Source: Lepidodermella squamata (Eukaryota; Animalia; Gastrotricha). From it: a stretch of 64,000 nucleotides of DNA. The DNA lies in contig JBLDXI010000007.1 of assembly GCA_047495785.1 (NCBI GenBank), positions 2,356,001 to 2,420,000 of the forward strand, in the 5' to 3' direction. The position numbers and the translations under genes are program-made. Position 1 is the stretch's first letter. Each line of letters starts with the position of its first letter. The notes below the pieces were generated by a model, which saw nothing but the letters and a program-made list of their open reading frames with translations, ran no database searches and was not told the origin of the DNA. Below are positions 46,053 to 57,500 of the stretch, one piece after another.

Positions 46053-48868
46053 GGGTTAGCCCAAAACGCAACAACCCAAAATGACATAATGCGACAAAAT
46101 GACATAACGCAAAATAAAAGGCGCCATAAGGACGGATTTAGGTGGATGCGACATTTTGACTAAACAAATATTTTAAATTACAGGTAAAAATAATATTTAT
46201 TTGCCAAGAGGCGACAAAATGACACAAAATGACGGAAAACGGCAAAATGACTCCAATCACGTGAATATGACCTCCCTTAAATTTCCGAAAAATTTCCATT
46301 TTTCAATTTAATTAAAAATTTGATTGAAAATGAAACTACGTTCTTCGAAGCGTTCAGCTAATGAGTGTAGAGATGTGGTTGATGTTCCCGAGAAACGAGG
46401 ACGCGGCAGGCCGAAGCTAGTAGAGCAGCCGGTTGCATCGAAGCCTCAACTTTCCCCGGTTAAAAGAAAGCGGGGTAGACCATTAGGGTCGAAAAACAAG
46501 CCCAAAACGGCCCCGGTACCAGTTGAACCCGCAGCTATCCTGTTGCTCAACCAAGCAGTTGCCGCCGACCCTAGTGGTGAGAAGGACAGCGATTATCAAC
46601 CGAGTGCGACCCCGAATTCTTCAGTGATTTCGTCGTTGGAACCTTCAGAACCGAGTTCTCCTGCCCTGGTCGAGCCTAGCTTGCCTGTACCGGTCGACCT
46701 AATAGCCCCACCCGCAGAGTTCGGCGATGTTCTTGATGAACTGATGCCACTACCTGAGGCACCATCAGCACAGCTAGTCGCTATCGACGTGTTTGAACCC
46801 ACAGCAGTTACGTTCTCGGAGATGAATGTGCCGCCGCCGCCGCCGCCGCCACCGACCCAGGTAATTGCACCTGAGAACCAGCAATCCGGCCAACTATCGC
46901 CACTTTTCGCCGACCTTTTACGAGAGAACAACGCACCCGCCACACCACTTTTGCCCGCTCGGCCGCTCGACGAAAATTCTATTCGCGAGTTCATGTTCGG
47001 CGATATCATATTACACGTAACATCAGTGAAATCACAGAAAAAAGCCGATCATCTCGTGGTCAATGGCTACCGAAGCAAGAGAAGGTAGGAGATTAACTTA
47101 AGTTAAAGGAAAATTAAATTAAGAAATTTTTCCAGTTACTCGTGCAAGAATCATGACAAAATTTCCTGGATATGTACCACCCCTGGTTGCCGGGCTTTGA
47201 GTTACACAACTAAGACCTTGGTTCCTGTCGAAGTCGATAAATGGAAGGAGCATGACCACGAGCCGAACCCGGAAGATGTCGAAGTTCGGGGAATTATGGC
47301 TAAAATTGAGGTAAATTTTTTCTTAATTATATAATTTTATGTCATTTTGTCGCGTTATTAGCACCGCGCTAAGAACTCACTCGACAAGCCGGCGCAAATC
47401 CGCAAACACGTGACTCACGGTATCGACTTCGTCGTCGACATGAAAATGCCGAGCGACCGCGCTATTCAGCGCCGAGTCGAGCGCGCCCGAGCTGCTGCTA
47501 ATCCCACTCCTGCCGCGCCTACTACCATGGGTGAAATAAGCGTGCCGCCTGAATTGCGTGTAACAAAGCGAGGCGAAAAGTAAATATTATTTAAAATAAT
47601 TTGTGTCATTTTGTCGCATAATATTGTTCTTTCATAGATTTTTATTATGGGACTCAGCTGAAAACGAGGTCGACGGAAGATTGGATGACCCTGAGCGATT
47701 TTTGATTTTCGGCACTGAGCGAAATCTTGATCGCATGGTCGAAAGCCGTCACTTGTCCTCAGATGGGACGTTCAAAATCGCTCCTAAACTTTTTTTCCAA
47801 CTATACACCGTCCACGCTGTAATTGGCGAGACGACGGTTCCTCTTCTTTACTGTTTTTTACCTAACAAGAAAGAAGACACCTATCTAAGGGTTTTTAGGG
47901 CAATAAGGTTTCTTCGGCCGGAGCTCTGCCCATTAAGCTGTTTGACAGACTTTGAAAAAGCCGCGCAGAACGCAATCGCAGATCCTGACACTGGCGTGTG
48001 GCCAAATGCTGAGCTAGTTGGTTGCTTCTTCCACTTCGCGCAGGCGCTATTCAATGCGGTTAAGGAATACGGCCTTCAATCGCTGTACTGCACTGATAAG
48101 GAAGTTCGGCTTCGATGCAAGTGGCTAGCAGCTCTCGCATTTGTTCCAATTGAACATCTCGCCGAAGCCTTTCAACAGGTCGATGCGAAATTAAGCGATA
48201 TTGTTGGCCGAGTTCCTCAATTATCACAGCTGTATTCCTATTTTGAAACTAATTGGGTTGGCACTTATCGACACGGTTTTCTTGTTCAGAAGCCTCGCCA
48301 CGATCCGGCGATTTGGTCGATGTACAAGCGCGTTTTCGATGATTTGCCTCGTACCGACAATTGCGCTGAAGCCTGGCACCGAGCTTTTCAGCAATTTCTG
48401 AACACCTGCCACCCTTCGGTTTACAGTCTCATCCAGGGGCTGCTTGTTGAGCAGGACGAAACCGAAAAACGCCTCGCACGCTTTGACATGGGCGAAGTGA
48501 TTACACGCCGGTCGAAAAAATCAGTTGAAGCGAACGCTGCGCTAAAGCGAATTTTGCCTAATTTCTTTAATAAGCCGCTAACGGAATACCTTACTAACAT
48601 TGTTGTTCATTTTGATATGAAAACTTCAATTTAAATAGGACGAATTTTCCAAGTTTTTTAAGCCCAAATAAAGTGCGTTGAAACGATACAATTTTGTGTC
48701 ATTTTGTCGCATAATAATAATAATATTTGTAAATTAAAGAAATTTGAATAAATTCTTGTTCCATTTTGGTTTTATTTCATTTTGGTATTTTCTATTTTGC
48801 GCATTACTAAGGTTATGTCATTTTGTCGCATTATGTCATTTTGGGTTGTTGCGTTTTGACGGCGAGCC
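46053..48868 (+). mobile_element. Autonomous-looking Mutator/MULE DNA transposon
   Basis: TIRs containing CAAAACGCAACAACCCAAAATGACATAATGCGACAAAATGACATAAC, with 9-bp TSD TTATATTAG at 46044-46052 and 48869-48877. Confidence 0.92.
46330..48634 (+). CDS. MULE transposase (AT-hooks, FLYWCH-like zinc finger, DDE domain)
   Basis: Four exons join in frame. KRGRGRP and KRGRP AT-hooks, W.C....C...H.H finger, DGTF, TDFE, CFFH and RTDNCAEAWH motifs. Confidence 0.9.
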
Positions 48869-48946
48869 TTATATTAGCGTTATAAGCAAAAAATAAATTT
48901 ATAACAAATTTATTACTCTTTCGATCACAGCCCTCTAATATTGCGT

Positions 48947-49355
48947 CATAGAGAAAAAATGACCAGAGAAAGCACTCAAGCTAAAATTTCTAAATCCTCA
49001 TTTTAATTCAAAGTTGACTTTCTCAAAACGGATATCTCCGTTTTCTACCAAATTTTGCATGCCTGTAGAACGCGAGCTGCTCTTTCACGTGGTATAAGAT
49101 TTGAGGTGGGCAACCCAACCGTTGTTATGATACAAAAACCTCGTTTCCACTATGGTTTTACTTATTTTGATGCTATCAAGACTGAGCAGCAATTGCCCAC
49201 CTCAAATCTTATACCACGTGAAAGAGCAGCTCGCGTTCTATAGGCATGCAAAATTTGGTAGAAAACGGTGATATCCGTTTTGAGAACGCACTTCTATAAT
49301 AATGGAGATCAAAATTTTAGCTTGAGTGCTTACTCTGGTCATTTTTTTCTCTATG
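48947..49355. mobile_element. Near-palindromic hAT-type MITE
   Basis: CATAGAG...CTCTATG with arms spanning most of the element, and 8-bp TSD TATTGCGT. Confidence 0.9.
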
Positions 49356-49999
49356 TATTGCGTAAAAAAATAATAAAAATAAAATAAAATTTCGTTTAGA
49401 ATGAAATCGCGTGTGTAATCTATAGAAAAATTAACACAGTTGTTCATGTTATCAATTCTTCAAGAACTTAGCCGCTTAGCAAACTAGCCATCGAGAAATG
49501 TTTCATTAGCAAGCCACAAAAACGGTTTGCAACCGGCGGTGATTTTGCTCGTTTCTTCGTCCGTTAGTGGGCTAGCCATACATTTCAAGCAAGTAATAAA
49601 ACGGCTGGCGCGGTTGCTCCAGTTTTTGCAGCTGCTTTTATCAACATGAGTGTGCTTATTATTATGTACTATCATTTACGATAACGTCACTCCATCTACA
49701 AGATATTGATGGTTGATAATCGTTGTTAGCCGTCGGTAATCCCCAATCTCCGTCAACCCCGTGTTATCAACCGATTAAAGTTTTGCTGTTGACTTTTGAG
49801 TATCGTTGCACTTGAATTATTTGGGACCGGAAAAGATATAGAGATTTACTAAAAGACACCAGCGAACATGGTTAACATTGCGCAACAACGCGATTTCATT
49901 TGACAGGAAATCAAAATGTTCACTCGCACATTTGAGTTTCAATCTGGCTAAAATTGAATTTATTCATTTTATAGGCTTTATAGTTATCAAGTTTTAATC

Positions 50000-52900
50000 A
50001 TGCTGGTTGAACAGTGGAGAAACGGCGGTCGCAAGCGCGCTGTGTTTGAGAAGATGTCTCCGAATGATTTGAAGGAAGCGGCATTGAAAAACGGAATTTT
50101 TTGCAGTTCACTAACGAAAGGTACGATACAAATGTTCTCAATTTTCGTTTTTTTTCATGATTTTTTTGGAAAATATTTTTTTTAACATCAAATTCACTTT
50201 TTTCAACATCAAATTACTTTTTCTATCATCAAATTCTTTTTTCAACAGCAAAATTCAGCAATTATTATTTGATAAGGAAGAATATACTTTCATGATGACG
50301 TTGTGGATTTTAAGTGCCTATCACCTCGGGTGATGTAAGCGTGGCCCAGACTCGTGCCAGACCAATGAACAAAACTTCTGAGTAGCACGCCTCAGGAAGG
50401 CGTGCTCATGAAAGGAAGCTATTATCAACAATCAGGGGTCTGCGCTAATCGATTATTGGATTCTTTGGCGATTCATAGTGGTTGAAAGACATTTTGAATT
50501 ATAAAGAGACCTCGCAAACGGTGACGACATCACCTATTGTTATTGTCGCTACATGTGAAAGTCCGGCTACGAACGATGTCAGTGCCAGGCAAAGTTGCTT
50601 CTCGGCGGCGAGACATGGGTGCTGATGGCATCCGGGGCGAAGCAGCGTCAAAAGACGGCGTAAAACGTTCCGGCGGCTTGACCTTGAAGGGCCCTAACTA
50701 ATTTTACTCATTTGAATCATTGTCTTCGCAAAAATAAGAATCGTAAAATTATTCGGACAAATATATAAAAATGCAATATTTTTTGGCCAAAAATCAAATA
50801 TTTGTCCGTAACTTTGCAAAATTGCTGCTAACTCAATTTTCTATAATTTCTTGAACGGGTTCGACAGCAACAAACTACATTGTTCTTCCGAATTTTCTGT
50901 TATTTTTCCGGACCGGTAATCATCAAAGGCTTTAATGAGTGTGGATCGCCAAAATTAAGATATCGAAATTTGCTGTTGAAAAAAGAGTTTGATGATAGAA
51001 AAAGTAATTTGATGTTGAAAAAAGTAAATTTGATGTTAAAAAAAATGTGACCCATTTTTTTTTATTCCAGCTAAAATTTGCGCCGCCCTGCAGGCACGTT
51101 TCGAAGCACAATATGGCATCAGTTCTGAATCGGACGAGTCGCATGACGAAAATGTAAATATTCTCAAACATTACTTTGCATTTTTAATTCGTAAAATTGG
51201 GGAAAATAGGATTAAAGTATAATTTAATTCTTTTTTAGGAGCCGGAAACCAAAATTAAAAAGGCTAATCTGTCCGAAGGAAAAGAAGAGGAAATTCGCGA
51301 CAAACTGTTGGAACTCTTCACTGGAGAGGATGCCGATGAATCTACGGGATGTACCAGAGCTACAGATTATTACTATACATCGCAAATCGGTTGTATTCCT
51401 GACATCGAAATCGGCAGAAAATGGCGAATCAAGTACCCTTGCGATGACGAAATCGGCGAGAAATTACTGACCTTCTGCAGTAAGGCTCCGGTTGGTAAAG
51501 GCTCTGAAACTGTTATGGACGAAACAATTCGAAACGGCTGGCAAGTTGAGGCGAACAAATTGGCGATTTCAACTACAGAATGGTCGGATTTATTCTCGGA
51601 TTCGAAGAAGAGTAAATTGCTGGAGAAAGTCAGGCAGACCCTGGCGCCGCAATGTGACAAAATATCGGCCGAGTTTTACAAGATGTTGGTCTATGGCAAG
51701 GGCTCGTTTTTCAAACCGCATCGAGACACGCAGCGGAAACCTAACCATTTTGCATCGATTGTCGTTTTCTTGCCGAGTTGTTACGAAGGCGGCGATTTTT
51801 TGGTTCAGCATGGCGGGTTGAAGCGAAGTTTTCAATTCGGCCTCAAGAAAGGCTACAATTCGCTCAAGTGAGTTCAGATAATTCTGCCGATCAGTTTTGT
51901 CGAGCCCATAATATAAAAAATGTCATCCTTTTGTGAAACCAAATTCGTATTTTATGGATATTTTTCTGAAAAAATGTCGAGAAAATTCCACAACCCGGAT
52001 TATTTTCGTAAACAAAATTTTAAATTTTAAATTGAATTTTAGACAATTTTCAAGACATTTTAAACTGATTTTCAATTTGTTTAATATGTGGGCCGCTCTC
52101 GATTAGAAAATTCAACACGGATTGGATGGGATTTTAGAATAAAAATAGATCATTCTCTCGCATTCCCTCATTTCGAAATCGAGGGAAAACTAGCTTTTCT
52201 GTAGGAGCATGACCTGAAATTCGTGAAATTTGGACTTCATGCATTCGGACTTGGTAATGATTCAATTTTTCCTGAATTAAAAAATTCTGAATTTTCTACG
52301 AAATTCGAGAAAATTTCAAATGAAAAAATATTTGATCTCAAGAGGCCGTTATGAGCAAATGAGCTTCCCAAATTAAAAAAAAACAGGTAGAAAAGGAAAA
52401 TTCTCGAAATTTCCTGGAATTCCAGAAAATTCACAATTGATTCAAATTCATGTTTCTGAGTTTATTCTTGATCTTGGCTAAACATTTTTTCTGTAAATTT
52501 CACGCGTAGTTCGAATTTCTCAAATTGGGTTTAATAATATTTTAGGTGAAAATAATCGCGATTTTTGTTCTCCTTTTTTAGCTGTCATCTTGTCGCGTTC
52601 TTCACCGACTGCATCCACGAAGTTCTGCCGATCACCGAAGGCTATCGCGTCACGTTGACCTACAACCTGTTCTTCGAGGGCAAACAAGCCCCTGAACTGC
52701 CGATCGGCGAAACTCACCTCGGCCGAAAAATCAACAAATTGCTCGTCAAACTCTTCGCTCTTCCTAAATGGAAGAACAAAACGTTGGGCTTTATTCTTGA
52801 CCATCAGTACGCCCTATCCTCACTCCACCCCTCACTGTTAAAGGGGCAAGATCGAGCCTGTTACGATGCTTTGATTTCAAGTGGGAATTTTGAAGTGGAG

Positions 52901-53253
52901 TTCATCCCGGTGGAAATCGGCGCTAGCGGGCTTGGCGAAGATGACAACGCGTGGGGCAGTGCTGCTGGTTACTACGAGACGGCCATGTCCACGCGCGGCG
53001 AAAGTATGATAATGTCCGTTGATCGTGTACATTCTGACAAAAAGAACCGTGGTAAATCGACCACGCTGTGTACTTTCGAGTGCTACGGTCAATCAATTGG
53101 TTACGTGGAAGGCCCGGTCGATTTCATCAACGGTTGAGTGAAGTTACGGTTGATAACGAAATCGACAGTTCGACCACACCGAGCGGCAACGAAGGCACTG
53201 AGTTCCAACTTCAGTACCAAAAAGCAGCCTTTTTGATCAAGCCGAAGAAATGA
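50000..53253 (+). CDS. 2OG-Fe(II) oxygenase (prolyl-4-hydroxylase-like fold) with an apparent frameshift near the C-terminus
   Basis: Exons ~50000-50120, 51071-51152, 51239-51868 and 52582 onward. Motifs YKMLVY, FFKPHRD, GGDF and HEVLPITEGYRVTLTYNL. Confidence 0.8.
50176..51045. repeat. Intronic inverted-repeat pair (50176-50256 / 50965-51045) built from ~20-bp units
   Basis: Four TTTTTCAACATCAAATT-like units on the left and their reverse complements on the right. Confidence 0.8.
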
Positions 53254-54596
53254 ATAACAATTATTTGATCAAATGAAAAACTTATCGATTTCGAAAATCA
53301 TTTTTGGCAACTTTCTGATCCAATGATGAATATAACCTTTGAATAATCATTAGAAACTCAAAATGCATTCTGCTTGGTTTGAGCTCTGAATAATTTCATT
53401 ATATTACTATACTTAACAGTTCAATTTTTCAATAAAATGAGGCCATTCATTTATTAAAAAGTTTTTTTGTTAAAATGGGAACGTTTTCTAGAAAATCTTT
53501 GAGCGGAACCAACTTTGCCGCGTTCAAAAACTTATGATCGGGCATTTTTTAATTTATCGTAAAATTCCACAAAATTAAGAAAAGGCAGTTTTGGGCGAAT
53601 TAATTACTTCAAATTTAGTTCCGCAACAGGTAAGTTTAGTTCCGATAAAAGGGAGGCCCACAATTTTTCCGGATTTGATTTTCAGAGACTTTTAACTCAT
53701 TTGAGACACGCCAGGAAAACGTAGCAATTGTTTCTTGCCATCAAATAAAAAAGGGGATTTTGGGTGCGTCGCATTCATGCTTATGCTGGTTTGTGTGACA
53801 TTACTTTTTATTAATGACGCGTTTGAAAAAAAAACGCGCGTAAAAAGTGTGAATATGCAAATAATATTGCATGATGAAAAAAGCACTAGCGAGAAAGGCC
53901 GGTGTTGAGTTTTTTATTACTTGATTAACACACTGTTACAAAATTTGTCCCCCGGTAGCCTGTCTGCCTGAAAAGGACTGAAGGCGGGCTACAAAATTCT
54001 AAAAACAAATGTTAGTTGAGAGGAGCTCGGCGTGAGCTATTGTCGTCCGTGGGCTTTCAAACAAACGCGGCGCGTGATTTTCGTCTTATCAATTGAACCT
54101 CTATATCGTTGATCGAAATCAATAAAAGTATCGCTGTTTAATTGCAGCCATAAACACGCTCCGTAATAATAAACGCGTTTATTACACCGATAAAAATCAC
54201 CGTCGAACTGATAAAAACAAACGGTATGAAACGGGGATACACACCGCTCACTGTTGCAATTATATATCGATGTAAATTAATTCGAATAACTCGATTTTGT
54301 TTATCTCTGCGTTTCGACGTGTTTACAACTCGTCTCCCCGTTGGCGCCGCACACCTGGGTGATAACGATCACCTAATTATACGCTGAATGTGGGTCTGTT
54401 GAATTATTTTGCTATTATTATTCGCAACAAAGCAATTAAACTTTCGAACTGTTTATTGAAACAGCCGAAACACAGCCTGGGGCTGACTGATAACCGATAC
54501 TTGCCCAGAATTGCAGGTAAAATTCCAATTTTGCGTTATAATTTCTTTGAGTCAATATTCTGCAATTTTTACGGTTATAAATGGCCAGCTTGACAT

Positions 54597-57500
54597 ATGA
54601 GACGGAGGCTAATTTATTTAAAAATGGTATTTCTATACTTTATTGGTGACACCTTTCATTAGCAGCACGGACAGTTTGCTCATTTATATTTAGCATCCGC
54701 GAAGGATTGCTGTGATTTTTACCTTGGTACCATCATTGCCATATACAATTGGAATACGACGAAATAAAATCACGCACGCGGATGCTGAAAATACATCGGC
54801 GAACTGTTCCTGCGCCTGGGCTAACTGCTAATGGAAAATGTCTATTAATTAATTCAATTTCTTTTACTACCTAATTATAATTTTAATGAATTCTCGACGC
54901 GGAATTAATTTTTCAGGTTCGAGCAATTTGGTCATTTTCTACTCAAAATCTCGAACGAAAGGACCAGGCGGAAATTCCGAGCCAGCGATATCTCTCGCCC
55001 CATCAGTTACGCCGCCGCTGTACACAATTGACTCAGTCACCCTGCGTTCGACTCGCAAGAAAAACCGCACGAGGCGACCGACTACTACTGTAACGTCTCC
55101 TACTGCGATTCATAAAACAGCACCTGTGACGACTAGGGCGACTTTCGCAACGCAAACTATGACAGCTGGCATCGGCTCAGCATCCTCGGGCGCAGCTAGA
55201 ATGATGAAAATCGCGCCGCTGCTTGCAACAACAACTACACCGGGATCTGACATTTTATCAAAATTAGGCTTTCCAGGTAAAATTTAAAATTTCGGTATTG
55301 ACTTTAATGATTTTTCAAAAATTTAAGAAAAATTGCGAATTTTAATCAATGCGCGAAATTTTAAGGAGGAATTTTTAATTTTTGATTTTTTTCCGCAGTT
55401 TTCTCTCATTTTTTACTGTCTCGTGAATTTAGATCAAGCGACGCCACGTTATGCAACAATACGCTCGGAGCCGCTCACTGATTCAGCTGATTCAAACTTG
55501 GATTACGGCTGCGGAGATGAGACTGAAGGTGTCCACAGCTTCTTGCGGTATTACGCCTTCAAGTTAATACCCGCTAGCCAGGCGATGATCGTCCCGGCCG
55601 TTGGCGCCGTCATTCTGGCCTTCATCATCGCCATGCTGCTCATCTCGCTGGCTGTTCATTTGCATTTCGCGCGGAAGCGACGAATCAGGCAGATTTTGTT
55701 CTCGTGCCGCGCGCTGTGGTTTAAATCACCCGGGCGTGGCGAAGTGCAACATGGCAATTATTTCTACACCTATAAACAGTCGTTGACAATGGCCATGGGT
55801 GTAAGCATCATTATTTCAATTTAATTTTTTTGATCAATTTAGAAATGTGATTTTTAGAAATTTTATTGATTGATGTAAATTTTGGGTCTAAACATTATCT
55901 GTGTGATTTTCCGTAATTTTTAGCTTTTTCATTAATTTTTTAGATTCAAATAAGATTCACGAAAATCCGATTAGGTAGCGTGGCCGAGTGGTCTAAGGCG
56001 CTAGATTTAGGCTCTAGTCTCTTCGGAGGCGTGGGTTCGAACCCCACCGCTGCCAGTATTTTTTCGGCTGAAATCACCAAATTTCACTTCAATTGACTTT
56101 TTTGGATGATCTTGAAATTCAGACAAGCAGAGTGGCGCAGTGGAAGCGCGCTGGGCCCATAACCCAGAGGTCTGTAGATCGAAACTACGCTCTGCTAATT
56201 GTCAATGTTTTTTTATCATCTCGCACCACCAAAATTTGATTATGCAAATGATTGTGGATTTATTGCTGCGCCTGCCTGTTGAATGGGGTCGAATGGCTAA
56301 ATCTATTGCCACTAAACTTACCTGGCACTGGGATGAACCGAGATCAACAAGTCGGTCGCCCTTGATGCCGGACAACAACAGCGACGAGCGCAAGGCCTTC
56401 ACCGCTTCGTTCGCTGACGACGTGCTCTTGTTCGCTGTGGCTTGCTACACTGGGATGGCGAAGCAGCGGGTGCAGACGGCGCTGACGCGGGTCTCTCGAT
56501 GGAGCAGACTCTGGAAGTTGCCGCTTAGTCCGCCGAAGTGCCAAATGTTGCGGTTTGGCGGACAAGTCAACGACGACGACCGGCTGTTTGTGGGTGACGA
56601 GAAGCTGCCGAAGGTCGCGACGGCGAAGTACCTGGGTGTCACGTTTGACGCGATCGGATCGTGGAAGCCGCATTTCGACAACATCGAGGCGGATGCGCGA
56701 TCTCGACTCGGGGCTCTTCGCCGGGTCTGCTTTCCTGGTTCGCCGCTTGGCTTTGCCTCGCGGAAGTTGCTGTATCTGACGATCGTGAGACCGGTTCTTG
56801 AATACTCCTGTGTGGCCTGGTTGGATGCGTCGTATGCGCAGAAAAAGCGCTTGATCGTGCTGCAGAACAACTGTTTGCGGGCGATCATCGGCTCGTCTAT
56901 TCTGGACAAGCAGGACGAATCTGAGCTCTACCGCCTAACTGGAGTGGAGCCGCTGGAACGCCGCTGGCTGAAACTAGCAGTCGGCTTTGCTGATCGGGCT
57001 ATGCAGTTCGTGCCACCAGTCGCCGCCATGATCGCCGACCATCGTCGAGAGTGGGGCGTGGCTGGTACCCCGCTCGGACAGTTCATCAATTTTGTGGGCC
57101 GTTAGGCCTTGTCTATCTATGTATTTATATGAGCATCAGTCAGTTTAATACAGAAAATAAAACGACAAAAACCCATACACAATACACATATATACACAAA
57201 ATAAAATAAACAACAAAACCACATTAGCCCTGTGCCACGACTGTAAATGAGTGTGTGCGTTGTCATATATATTTCTTGTTTTTTATAAAAAGATGAAACG
57301 CATAACATATGCTGTAATTGTTAAGATTTGCTGCATTTGATATCATTGCTACTACTGTCGGTCAGAAGTTGTTAAACAAGAGACCGTTTTTCCAATAAAA
57401 CAAGACCGTTGGAAAAAAAAAAACAAGTCGGTCGCCCCAGGGCGAGGCGGGCCATTGCACTTCGGTCCGCTGACCCCTGCGCTCTGCCTCATCGGTGGAG

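Noticed and set aside
50278-50300. AAGAATATACTTTCA resembling the U3 snoRNA 5' end
   Set aside because: Box A and the other U3 boxes do not follow.
56140-56361. N-terminal part of the 321-aa ORF 56140..57105
   Set aside because: It is a chance read through tRNA-iMet, the spacer and U1. Only sequence from 56362 belongs to the retroelement.
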